A stretch of 44,089 bases of DNA from Barthelona sp. PAP020 (Eukaryota): the NCBI GenBank assembly GCA_040182905.1, contig JARQWU010000059.1, positions 1-44,089 on the forward strand, given 5' to 3'. The position numbers and the translations under genes were made by a program. The notes beneath the pieces are model-generated. The model was given only the letters and a program-made list of their open reading frames with translations. It was not told the origin of the DNA and made no database searches. This document shows positions 1 through 11,000 of this stretch, one piece after another; the first letter of the stretch is position 1; the number at the start of each line of letters is the position of its first letter.

Positions 1-22
1 TGTAATAATAAAACACGAACTT

Positions 23-381
23 TACAACTCTATGGTTTGGGAGAAAAGAATCAACCCATGAAAGAAACGACTAGATGTAAGGGAACCTCCACGGCTCTCA
101 AATTTAATAAAAAAAAAGAGAACGGCAGTTACCCAGAAATTTGACTGCCTAGCTTCTTATTCAGCAAACGACTGGGAGCACCGATGTCTCAGCACCACTT
201 CCTTATGGTACTGCAAGAGTATGGCTGTGTGGCTTCAGAATAAAGAAGTTAAGATTCTAAATTTTTCCATAAATTAGCCTTGACCACTAATCGGAATCAA
301 CCAAAGGTTAATTCCTTTGGGAGTTGAAAAGTTAGTTTTCTGCAAGAAAAAACCTCCTCGCTTCACAAGTTGTATTTTTTT
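23..381 (+). ncRNA. Candidate structured non-coding RNA (~350 nt, possible Pol III transcript), family unassigned
   Basis: Closing stem TACAACT(23-29)/AGTTGTA(368-374) followed directly by T7 (375-381). Internal stems at 124-130/143-149, 151-162/238-250 (enclosing 172-177/187-192 and 195-198/229-232), 273-277/287-291 and 301-307/314-320. Several G-U pairs favour the + strand. Less AT-rich than neighbouring spacers. No family-diagnostic motif recognised. Confidence 0.35.
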
Positions 382-1053
382 ATTCACTCATTTGCACAGT
401 GCTTCTTGCCTTCGAAATATTAAAGATTTAAGATAATTTCATTGAAATTTGAAAAAGAAAAATACCTCCCTCTTTTTTTGTCTTGAATAAAGTAAAATTC
501 AACAGCTTCAGTAGTTTAATCACATTCTTAAAAAACTTTTAATCAAAATAATACAATTCTTTCTAATTTTCTTATGCATACAGCGCTTTTTGGCCTGAAA
601 ATCATCCCAAATTTGCACACTTGATTATTAAAATCTGATTTCATTCTCTTAATTTCCCCGTTTGGGTTTTTGCTTATTTTTTTTTTTACTGAATTTCCTT
701 TGGTTGCTTTCTTTGCAAATAAATAAAATTGTTTCACAACTGGACCTATTTTTGTGAAAATAACAAAAAAATCCTTGAATAGCATGTGGTTGTTTGACAA
801 AAAAAGAAATATTTCTTTTGCTAAACAGTCTTATTGTGTTCTTTGTCAAAATCCTTGTCATTCTTTTTAATAAAGGGGAAGCGGAAATAAACTTAATTCA
901 CTGAAATTAATTTTGCTAAAAAGAAGGACCAATTGTGTATTTTCTGATTAGAACAATTGAAATGCCAATTAGATTTGAAAATTGATAAAAAATTGTCAAA
1001 GTGTTTCAACAAAAAACAAAAGAAATTTATTTACACATCCACAATCATCAATT

Positions 1054-2130
1054 TTACAATTCAAAAACAAGCATCGCCAAAGAAAAGGCTTGTAAAGGAG
1101 TGAATGGAGCAGAAAAATCCAAAATGAAACTGTCTTTGCCAGTCTTACCAAATTGAAGAATAAACTCTCCATCATTGACTGGAATATTCAACCTTTCTCT
1201 GTCTTCTTCATTCATTGTAACTTGAAAATTTTTGATTGATCCCCTGGTTACTCTACCATTAAAACTTAAACTGTAAACTTGTCGTTCTTCATTCCAAGTA
1301 GGTTGTTTTGTGTATAAATGGTGAAAATGATTGTTTGAGGAATTTGTAAGGGCAGCATTTTTGACAATGTTCTCCAAACTGTGTGAATCATTTTCCATTT
1401 TTGGTTTAAAAACACTATTTTCATTTGGAATGTAAATATCAACTCCAAAAGGCTGTTGATTTGCCAAAAAACTTTGATTCTTTGATTGTTCAACAATAAG
1501 TCCTAATTCAGCACGGCTTTTAGTTTCAAGGAGTAAGTCTAATTGTGCTTTTCCCACATTAGCATTTTCAGATAATATATTTTTTGGAGATTCTCCATGA
1601 TCATATATTACCCATGAATTGCCAAATCTACCTTTTCTTAATTTTCCGATATAATGATTTGAATCTCGATCCATATGTGTCTTTGAATCAAAAAAAACAA
1701 AAGAAGATCCTGACAAGTGGGATCGATATTCAGCTGATATTAAAAATTCATCTGGTCTTTCACAATACATGTAATATTTTTTTGTATTTCCAAAAGCCCC
1801 AGATTTCTCTCTGATTATTCGACATTGTAAAGTGAGACCAATAGGCAAAGGTGTGTTCAAAAAATTCTTTCTTGCTTCAACATCATTGGAATGTGGAATA
1901 ATTAACTGATTAAAATTGGACACAGTACTAACTGGCATTTTTGGTTCGGATTCTCTAAAAGGTGATTTAACATTAAAAGATTCCATTTTAGCGGTAGCAG
2001 AAACATTTGGTAAATTCGGGTTTGGGGATTTAATTCTGTTAATTGGGGTTGAAATAGTGTTATTGTTGACACTACTTTGAACACGGTTTTCTGACGATTT
2101 TTTAAAACTATATTTTGAATTCTTAAACAT
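1054..2130 (-). CDS. TULP: Tubby-like protein (Tub domain), ~358 aa; alternative in-frame ATG at 2175
   Basis: Tub motifs LQCRIIR, YIGKLR (phosphoinositide-binding K/R), IYDHGESP, KQPTWNEERQVYSLSFNGRVTRGSIKNFQ and ILQFGKTGKDSFILDFSAPFTPLQAF. Low-complexity S/P/N N-terminus. The 2175-2131 extension mostly translates T-tracts, so ATG 2130 is preferred. Confidence 0.93.
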   Translation of the reverse strand: MFKNSKYSFKKSSENRVQSSVNNNTISTPINRIKSPNPNLPNVSATAKMESFNVKSPFRESEPKMPVSTVSNFNQLIIPHSNDVEARKNFLNTPLPIGLTLQCRIIREKSGAFGNTKKYYMYCERPDEFLISAEYRSHLSGSSFVFFDSKTHMDRDSNHYIGKLRKGRFGNSWVIYDHGESPKNILSENANVGKAQLDLLLETKSRAELGLIVEQSKNQSFLANQQPFGVDIYIPNENSVFKPKMENDSHSLENIVKNAALTNSSNNHFHHLYTKQPTWNEERQVYSLSFNGRVTRGSIKNFQVTMNEEDRERLNIPVNDGEFILQFGKTGKDSFILDFSAPFTPLQAFSLAMLVFEL

Positions 2131-2266
2131 GAGACAAAAAAAAGGAAAAAAAAAAGATTTTATTTTGAATGTCATTAGATAAAATTAATTAAACCTGAAA
2201 TTCTCTTTCAAAAAACAATAAAACCATGAAGAACTTGGTGTAATCTACATTTAGGAAAAGGTACAA

Positions 2267-2585
2267 TTATTTTCTCAATTTGTTCTTATTTCTTTGATTC
2301 TTGTATAATTTTGCTTTATGTGCATCTTTAATGATTATTTGTTCTGATTTTGTGTTTTCAATGGGATTTTGATTGAAAAAAGACCAATCGGGAACCACTA
2401 TCTATAAATTAGCTTTTGTAAACTTAAAAATATACAATTGAAGCAATAATTATGCCTAAAGCAATACAAAATAATAAATATTTCAGATTAACAAAAAAGA
2501 GCGATAATAACAAGCCAACAATTCCAAAAACTATTAACAATATCGTGTATATTCTTGTGACTAACTTTTGACCAATAAAATCCAT
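2267..2585 (-). CDS. SPCS1: Signal peptidase complex subunit 1 (SPC12/SPCS1), 94 aa, two exons: 2585-2436 and 2401-2267
   Basis: Manual translation: MDFIGQKLVTRIYTILLIVFGIVGLLLSLFFVNLKYLLFCIALGIIIASI | IVVPDWSFFNQNPIENTKSEQIIIKDAHKAKLYKNQRNKNKLRK*. It has the SPC12 signature MDFxGQK, two TM helices and VVPDWxFFNxNP. The frame is restored only by removing the 34-nt GT-AG intron. Confidence 0.9.
2402..2435 (-). other. 34-nt phase-0 spliceosomal intron in SPCS1
   Basis: Minus-strand sequence GTATATTTTTAAGTTTACAAAAGCTAATTTATAG: GT donor, in-frame TAA, and a branch-point-like GCTAAT followed after 4 nt by the AG acceptor. Removal joins two conserved halves of SPC12. Confidence 0.88.
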
Positions 2586-2617
2586 GATATCAATTGAAAA
2601 AAAAAATCTTGGTAACT

Positions 2618-4354
2618 TTACAAATCATCTTCACGATCAGATAATATTTCATCGGTTGGAATATTTTCCAACTCTAAATCAATGTCTGATAGTCCTTCTT
2701 CCAATTCTGATGTGTGTAAATCATCCAAAGCACTGTCTGACATTCCCGATTCATCTCCATTGAGAACAAATGAATCTTCATCTTCTGAGTCTTCAATCAA
2801 TTGTTGATGATTGAGTTTGTCCAATTCAATCCCATCCAATAATTCTTTTGGAGTGTTGGGGATTATTGAGTCGTTGAATTTTTGATTCGGCAATAAACTA
2901 TCTGAAGATTGCTGAATGAATATAATTTCTTTTCTTGGCTCCACTCTTCTTAAAGTCTCATGTATTAAAAAGTGTACTGTCCTAAATACTTCAGTTCGTA
3001 TTTGTTTATCTTCTTCCAATTCTTGCAAAAGGACACGTTTTATATTAATCTTTTCCTCTTCCAAATCACTGATCTTTTTATTCATTGTGCTCTTTTGCAT
3101 TTCAAGTGAACCAACTTGTTTGGAATATTCTTCATTTTCGCTTTTTAATCTTTCAATTTCCAACAGTGCATCCTTCAATTCATTTTTGGAAGATTTCAAG
3201 TCTTTCCTATACTTTCTTTCTCCTTGTCTTCTTTTTGATTCCCTATCCTCAAATTCATTTTCTAACCTATCTAACTCAGATTGAAGAGTGGCTTTATCAG
3301 TTTCATTACTTTGCAACTCCATTTTAGTAAATTCTAATTCTTTTACTTGCTTGGTGATAAGATCAGACATGCTTTGAATTTTTTGTAACAACTCCTCCTT
3401 TTCACTTGTCAATATATCAACTTGTGACTCTAACAATGTTTGTTTCCTCAATAATTTTTCCTCTTCTTCTCCTTGTTTTACTAGTTCTAATTCCAATTGA
3501 TCAATTCTCCTCAGCATTTCAGGATGAATCACATACTCATCAACTATTTCAGCAGATACAGTTTTGTTACTTTCAACCATTGAAACATTTTCAGAAGTTG
3601 TATCAATAATCGGCTTTGGTTTGGGAGTTGTTGACTTCACAGGAGATGTTCTCTTGAATTCTAATTCACGATCTTTCTTTTGATAATCCAATTTGGACTG
3701 TTGATCAAATTTTTGAGCCTCTAATTGAGCTAAAGATCTTAAAGTTTCTTCATCAACTCCGATTGATCCTTTTATCAATGATTTTGTCTCCTCAATTTTA
3801 TTCGATTCCTCTTTAAGCTTTGAAATTCTAATATGTTGTCTTTCCAAAATATTTTTTTGAGTTTCAGCTAATATTTGTTCCCTAATCTTAGCATGAACAG
3901 AATCAATACTCTTAAGATTTTTTTCAAGATCTATTTCAGACGAATGAACCTTTTTAGCGGATTGATTAATCGATTCAATCATCATATCAGGATCTTGAAC
4001 ATTTTTCGTTCCTTTAATTATTGGAGTGCTAAAATTTCCTGGAGAAACAGGTAACTCTCGATTTTCTGCCGTTATTTGCTCTTCAACTTGAGAAATTTTA
4101 TCCAAAAATTCTTCAGTATGTATATATAGACGTTTTTGAGCCTGCAATTTCAATCTATCTTTAAATTCCTTTTCCGCTTCTTCATTTTTCCGACTAATTT
4201 CCTGTTGAATTTGCTTTTGAGCCATTATAGCATCTTTAATTTCATTATCAAACAATTGTGACCTGGAAATAAATTCTTCAAACGATTGGCGAGCAGCAAA
4301 ACGTTGCAATTTGTCTGCCAAAAGGTTAAATTTTGAATTTGTTTCCTCTGACAT
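2618..4354 (-). CDS. Uncharacterised long coiled-coil protein with acidic C-terminus, 578 aa
   Basis: Uninterrupted ATG-initiated ORF rich in E/K/Q/L heptad-like segments (roughly aa 40-100, 140-235, 280-450) with a D/E-rich tail. No catalytic motif recognised. Confidence 0.8.
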   Translation of the reverse strand: MSEETNSKFNLLADKLQRFAARQSFEEFISRSQLFDNEIKDAIMAQKQIQQEISRKNEEAEKEFKDRLKLQAQKRLYIHTEEFLDKISQVEEQITAENRELPVSPGNFSTPIIKGTKNVQDPDMMIESINQSAKKVHSSEIDLEKNLKSIDSVHAKIREQILAETQKNILERQHIRISKLKEESNKIEETKSLIKGSIGVDEETLRSLAQLEAQKFDQQSKLDYQKKDRELEFKRTSPVKSTTPKPKPIIDTTSENVSMVESNKTVSAEIVDEYVIHPEMLRRIDQLELELVKQGEEEEKLLRKQTLLESQVDILTSEKEELLQKIQSMSDLITKQVKELEFTKMELQSNETDKATLQSELDRLENEFEDRESKRRQGERKYRKDLKSSKNELKDALLEIERLKSENEEYSKQVGSLEMQKSTMNKKISDLEEEKINIKRVLLQELEEDKQIRTEVFRTVHFLIHETLRRVEPRKEIIFIQQSSDSLLPNQKFNDSIIPNTPKELLDGIELDKLNHQQLIEDSEDEDSFVLNGDESGMSDSALDDLHTSELEEGLSDIDLELENIPTDEILSDREDDL

Positions 4355-5086
4355 AAAAAAAAAAGATTTGATTCTTTGTCAAACATTATTAGTCTTTATC
4401 ACAAATAAACATCAATTGCCGTACATATTAAATGAAATTAATAAATTTCGTTGTAAGGGAAACATTTTTTGTTTTAAGTTTTTAAACTTCTTCAGGACTT
4501 TTATAATTTTTCAACAATATTGAATCATTTGAGTTCAATAAAATTGCTTTAGTGTAATAAATCTTTATAAAATGAAAAGATGAGATTTGTTCACAAACAA
4601 ATTGTTTTTTCCAAAATTGAATTCTTTTCTTTTTTCTCAAATTTTGCATTTTGCCCAATATTTTTCAATTTAATGAGAATAATATGCTTTAAAAATGGAT
4701 AAAAATCAAGCCTTTCTTTTCAACTAATATAGACAGCTCATCTAATCTCAAAGTAATAATAATTACAAAAAGAGTGAATTGAAAAATTAAAGGATGAAAA
4801 AAGAGAATATGACAAAAATCAACTTTGTCAACACAGCCATTTTATCAATAAAGATACAGCAAGCACTGCATAATTCAATTCTGAATCAAAGCTTCAAAAA
4901 CAGTGGATAATTAGATTAATAGCTGATTATAATACTCTAAATATCCAACTATTCTTCACATGCAATAAAGACCTAAGAGTTAACAGGATTTTGAAACATA
5001 TTTGCAATAAAAAAAAAAAGATAATTTTTACACATTTTTTAAAATTTGTTTCAATTGTTTGTCACCCAATCTTACAAAACGGAGCT

Positions 5087-8000
5087 TTATTTGGGCACTA
5101 ACAATAAAGCCACACCACGAATGATCCAATGATTAGCACTTGCAGAAGAAGGCAATTGAACATTGAATATGTGGTTTCTTCTTTTTTGAGTGAAGTAAAC
5201 AGGGCAATCATAAGAGGATTGAGTATGAGGAGCCTGGTCTGAAGCAGAAATATGCAAAACAGGCAATTCAGACAACAATTCTTTGGGTGATGATTCATCA
5301 AGTTTCTTATCAATTGCATTCCATCTACATCCTTCCAAGAATAATCCATGAACATAAACACCTTCTTCTGGGGGATTTTTAACAGATTCAATAGTATAAT
5401 CTTTGACTGTTGTTACGATATGAAGGGTATCCAATGCCCAACCTTGATGTGCTCTTGCAATTTCTTGCTTGACAGCAGTAAGGAAACCTTGAGGGTTATA
5501 AAATCCACCCAACCAAAATGCAGAGGGTTTGGAGTCCTTTGGTAAATCTAACCAAGAACGATATTGTTGACATCTGCTGTCTACGTCAGCAAGCCAGTCT
5601 CCAAGGGTTGGGGATTCCCAAGAAAGACGTGTCCAAGTTTTTGGTACTCTTGCATCATACAGAGAATTCAAAATATCAGATAAATGCTCGGACATGACAA
5701 CAATACCTTCAATTGCCAATTTCATATTTGTCAAATCAGAACGAATTGCAGATAAAAGTTTTTGAACACGTTCAACTTCTTGACGTAAGAAAACAATCAT
5801 TGGACGAGCACGACCTCTGATTTTGAGACAACGTTCAACATCTATTGGTTCAAAATCAGCATGTAAATTCTTTAAAATTCGATCCTGAGTTTTGATACCA
5901 ACAGATTCAGGTGTTTCACCGGAAGAAGAACTATCTTTGGGTTGAATAGCAAGAATCGTATCTAAAATAGCATCTGCTTGACGTGTACGATATGTAATAT
6001 CGGCATTTTGATGCATACCAAAGATTTCAGGAGAATCATTTGTAGGTAAATGATCTAAATATTCCCTAACTTTGGAGATATGAGTCATATTAGGTATTGA
6101 AAATCCAGAAGCAAATTCATACTCAGGAATTAACACTTTATTGTTCAACATAGTTACACCATATGTGTTCATCAAACGACGATCAAAGTTATCAGTGATA
6201 CGTCCACCATAATGAACCTCACAAATCATATATCTAATGGTTGAAAAGGGAATTTCCTTGTTTTCATCTGTTTGGTAGAGAGTATTTTGTAAGAAAGTCA
6301 ATGAAGCAGTCAAATCAGATTGGTTGAACTCATAAGGAATATTGAAACCAAGAGGTCCAAATTTACGACGTTCTTGAACAACAGAATGCAAGAAACATAA
6401 TGTGAATAACATCGGTTTCCATGCTTTTTTATCAAGAGAATCAAGAGTATCTTGATTCATATCGGCAAAAGTTCGTTGAAGATTTGCCTTGATACCCAGA
6501 GGTGCTTCACATGCAATCTTCAAAGATTGTTGTAATAAACCAATGGGGAAATCGGGATGTGGTTCTGTGGTTATCCACAAACGGAAAGAACTCATGGTAT
6601 TTTCTTCTGTCCAAGTACCAATTTCATTTTCAATTTCAATCATGAATTCCAATGACAAATGGCAATTTTGTAAAAGAACCCAACTGCCATTTTGACGACA
6701 AGTTTCCAAAGCAGCACGAGCGCCAACTTCTTGCCCTTGTCCCATAGAAATTGATGTAATGTTAATTTTGGAATGACGTGCAAGTGATATGATGTCATTT
6801 GAGGGATCAGCACCCAAAGATAATAAAGAAACAATAGGTGAATTAGGTTGAGATTCGATATTGATTGATTCAAGAGACAATGGAGGAGGCTCTACGAACT
6901 CATTTCCTAAACGATCACGGATATAATTTTGTGCAGCTAACATGGCACGATCAGGACGAATGCTACGAACCAACAATAATTGATAGAAAGGAGATAATCT
7001 GTTACCGAAAATTTCAGTCAACAAACGATTCTCTGGATCTTCCATATCATAAAAAGCTCTCCACAACGTTTCATTATGAGCACCTAAATCAGCAATTAAG
7101 GTTGAAAAAGCACCAACATTTTGAGCTAAGGCAACAATGTTCAACCAAGCATAATCAGGTAACCATTGATAAGGTCTATCCGAAAGATGACGTCTATCCA
7201 CAGATGCACCACCTTTAATAAGAACTGAAAACTCAGAAAATGTGATAATTTCGGCTTCCAAATCGATTTTGAGCGCCAATTGTAATGCAAAAAGCAACTT
7301 ATGATTACCAAACAAACCACGACAAATGTATGCATATAAATTGGATGTTAAGTATTTCAAAACATTTTCAATACGTTGAGAAGTCATTTTAGATTGTTCA
7401 GCGTTGTCCAAAGACATGTCAAAACGATTCAAAAATTGATTTAATGAAGTTTGATACATATTCGATACTTCAGACATTTCAGTAATTAGGAAATAAATGA
7501 TTGAACCTCTGGTAGCAATTGAACGGAATTCTTCACGAGCTTCATTAATTTTTACTTCATTAGTTTTTGATGTTTCTAATTGCTTGGAAACATCCATAGA
7601 AGTCTTTTTGGTTGCGGCTAACATATCAATTAACTCAATATCATCAACAAGGTTACCTTCAGTAGCAGACAAACGTACAACCAAATCTTTTTCCAAATTT
7701 TCAATAATTTTTGCATTCTTATTTACTTCTTCCATTAAAGCTTTACGCTTGTCTTCTAATTCAGACTTTTCATGCATAATAACACGTGTTAGTAACTGAT
7801 CTTCAAGACCTTTCAAGGTGACTGTAAAATTGATGACAGACACTTTTGCAAATATTTCAGGTGAATAATTAGGATTTGCTAATGAAGTTGTCATGTATAA
7901 ATAGAAACCTTTCATCACATCAACTTCCTTATCACCAACACGTACCTTCAAAGAATTACCAACTTTAATAAATTGTTTGTCCAATATGGAATCTAAAACG

Positions 8001-11000
8001 GGGTCAACTGAAGATCCAATATCTTCAATAAGTAAGGGATATCCAAAAGATAAACATTCTTCAAGAGTATGTCTGAAATGCTTGTCTGAGAATTTTGTAA
8101 TCTTTAAGTTATTCTCACTTTCTTTGTTGATAAGCCATGTTCTGGCTTGTCCTTGTGGATCAACCATAAGAGGATAACGTGAAGTTGTGGTTGTGATCAA
8201 ACCATTTTGAACACTCAAATCATCACTAGGTAATCCTTGAATAAACCATTCACCAATTTGTGTTTCTGTTGTGAGGAAAGTCTTAAAATTAAAATTGTTG
8301 GAATAGGGAATAGACCTAACTGCCAAATCTTTGCGCCAATGATGAGCAATAAGTAAATTACGGAATTGTGTGTTAAAAGGTCCTGCATATGAAAGGAAAG
8401 CAGATGCTAACGCAATATCACCAACCAATGATTTCAAAATTTGATGGAATTCTTTCGCTTGTTCAGACCAACGAGTACGTTCACCTGCCAAACCTTGAAT
8501 CAATTTTGTCGCTGAATCCATACGTCTTTGAATCAAAGCAGCTTCATCTTCCAATTTCTTTTTACTAGCAACAGCTTCTTCATATTTCGCCGTAATTGCA
8601 TCAAGAATGGCTTGTTTTTCAGCCAAATTTGCTTCAACCTCAGCCAAACGTTCAGAGGCAATACGCATATTTACTTCTGCCTCTCTCAATTTCTTAATCT
8701 TGGGATCGACTTGTTTTGCAATAACATGATATTCAACCATAGCTCTAGACCAAGCACATAAACCAGACATAGATCCAGATGATCTAGAAGCAGCTTCAAC
8801 AGTAAAATCTTCCATCTCCAAATATGGCAATAAAAGTTCACAAGTTTCATCAGTAATTTCTTCTTTTGGGAAATTCTTTAACATATTGAGGAAACCAGTA
8901 TCTGACATCATTTTGATGGCTTCATCATAAGAGGCTTTTGGTAAAATTTGTCCCTTTTCTCTCATTTCTGGATCAATTTGCCACTTTACAAGAGGTCTGT
9001 TGCATAAAATCAATACAGCATCCATAATACGCTTAATTAAATTGGGAGGTGATAAAAGACGCTTGACGGCTGCAATATCACCGGAAGAAATTTGATCTAA
9101 CGCAGCTTCAGCCGATCTTAAAGCGGGTTCAGCCGCAGCCAATTCTTCTTCTGCTTCTGCTTTTTCTTTAGCAATAACAGCTGCTTCAGCTGCCACCTTA
9201 TCTTTAATTGACTGAACTTGAGCTGTAACCTTTTGAGCATCCGCTGTTTGTTTTGTAACGTCAGCCAACATTTTATCAGTTTGTGCTTTTGATACTGCAA
9301 GTTCCTTGTTCTTTTCCTTCAATTCAACAGACATCAATTCAACTTGCTTTCCAGCAGCGTTGAGTTTGTCCAAACCTGTTGTTAATCGATTTGACAGAGC
9401 ACCAATTTCTTGGTATTTTTGAGAATATGTGTCTTTATATAACTGAAGGAAAGAAAGATAAGACTTTGGCGTGACATAAACTGGACGTCTGAATTGTTGG
9501 AAATACTGATCACAAATATCTGTCATACTCGAATGAAGTTTAGCCATATGTCCAATCAATTCTTCTTTAATTTCCTGATCACAATCGATTTCGAAATCAC
9601 CAATAAATCTTTGAGCAACTTCTTTCAAAGCTTGTTCAGGCCAGGGATGGAACCAATCAACTTGACAACCACTAATTAAACCAGGGAACTTAAGAGCACG
9701 CAAACGGAATGTTTCACCGATAGGGGAGAAACAAAGAACAACATGGAAATTCTTTTTAATACGATTCATAAAGAAATTCCAAACATCATCATTAGACACA
9801 GGGGATCTAGGGAATTCACGACGATAAACAGAAGCCAATTCACCAATAATACTATCCATTTCATCTCTAGGGAATAAACCAGGAATTTCACCTGTTGTCA
9901 ATATGTTGTTGATGAATTCTAAGAAGCTTTCTTCCAGAATTTCTTTGTCAGTGAAAAGGAAAGTAACTCCTTTATTTTCAAGACCGGCTATCTTGAAGAA
10001 AGTTTGAAGATCTTCTAAGAGATTTTGACGATTATATTTCTTGGAAATTTGAATCTGTTTTACGACATTTCCAACAATAAATGAAGCCAATTTTGTTAAT
10101 GATTGTTTTCCAGAGCCTCCAACTCCTACCAATAACATATGACCACCAGGCATTTTCAAAAGTCGTGTCAAACGTACCAGATGTTGAACAGCGTCATTAA
10201 ACAGAACCAATTCCAACTTATATTTTCTTGACATTTCATTGTGTTGAACCATCAATTCTTCCAAACGGTGACGTACAAATTGCATATCATCAGATAACAA
10301 ATAACCAGGAGTCCAAGATTCAAGAAGTTTGTCTTGTTCTTCATCACCAGTTGGTTCAGGCTCTTCTTCCAAAAAGGAAGCAAAATTGATTGGTTTGGAT
10401 AACATACCAACAATATTTTGGTTTTCAATTTTATTTGAAAATACATCATTTACAATACGTCCATAGGTTTCAATATCTTGATAATTAATGAAACGATCAG
10501 GGAACACACGTTCACATTCATGTTTAACCAAAGCAAATAACTCAAAAACGTTTGTTACAACACGATTATCTGCCTTCATCATACCTTGAACAACACGGGA
10601 AAGATCTCGAAGATTGAACACATAATGGAATTTTGATGGTGTGGGTAACATACGTGTACGAACTGATTGCCAAATATTGAAAATAATATCAAAAATTTGT
10701 GACGCAGAATTTGCAACAACGTCTGTAAACCCTCTAATACCACTATTGGTAAAGAAACCACAAATCATTGTATTATAAATCTTATAAATAGATCTATTTG
10801 TGGGTAGAGTAATGTTAAATATATTGAAATGTCTCTTTAAACGTTCAGGAATATCATTACGACCACCTCCAGGTTGTTGCATAGCTCCCATGTATAAAGT
10901 GTCAATAATTTGCTTCTTTTCACCAGGTTTATCAAGATTGTAAAAGCTCTTTTCTTCAACAATTTGACGAACCAATTCATTAGTAGTTTGATCACCCCAT

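Noticed and set aside
1..243. Plus frame 1 open to TGA (142-144) and on to TAA (241-243), suggesting selenocysteine or readthrough
   Set aside because: The peptide resembles nothing I recognise, there is no Sec-type redox motif, and no SECIS core (AUGA...GA) was identified downstream.
543..861. Two overlapping short minus-strand ORFs (85 and 70 aa)
   Set aside because: K/F/N-rich translation of homopolymer-rich DNA with no recognisable motif; one starts at TTG. No intron model joined them convincingly.
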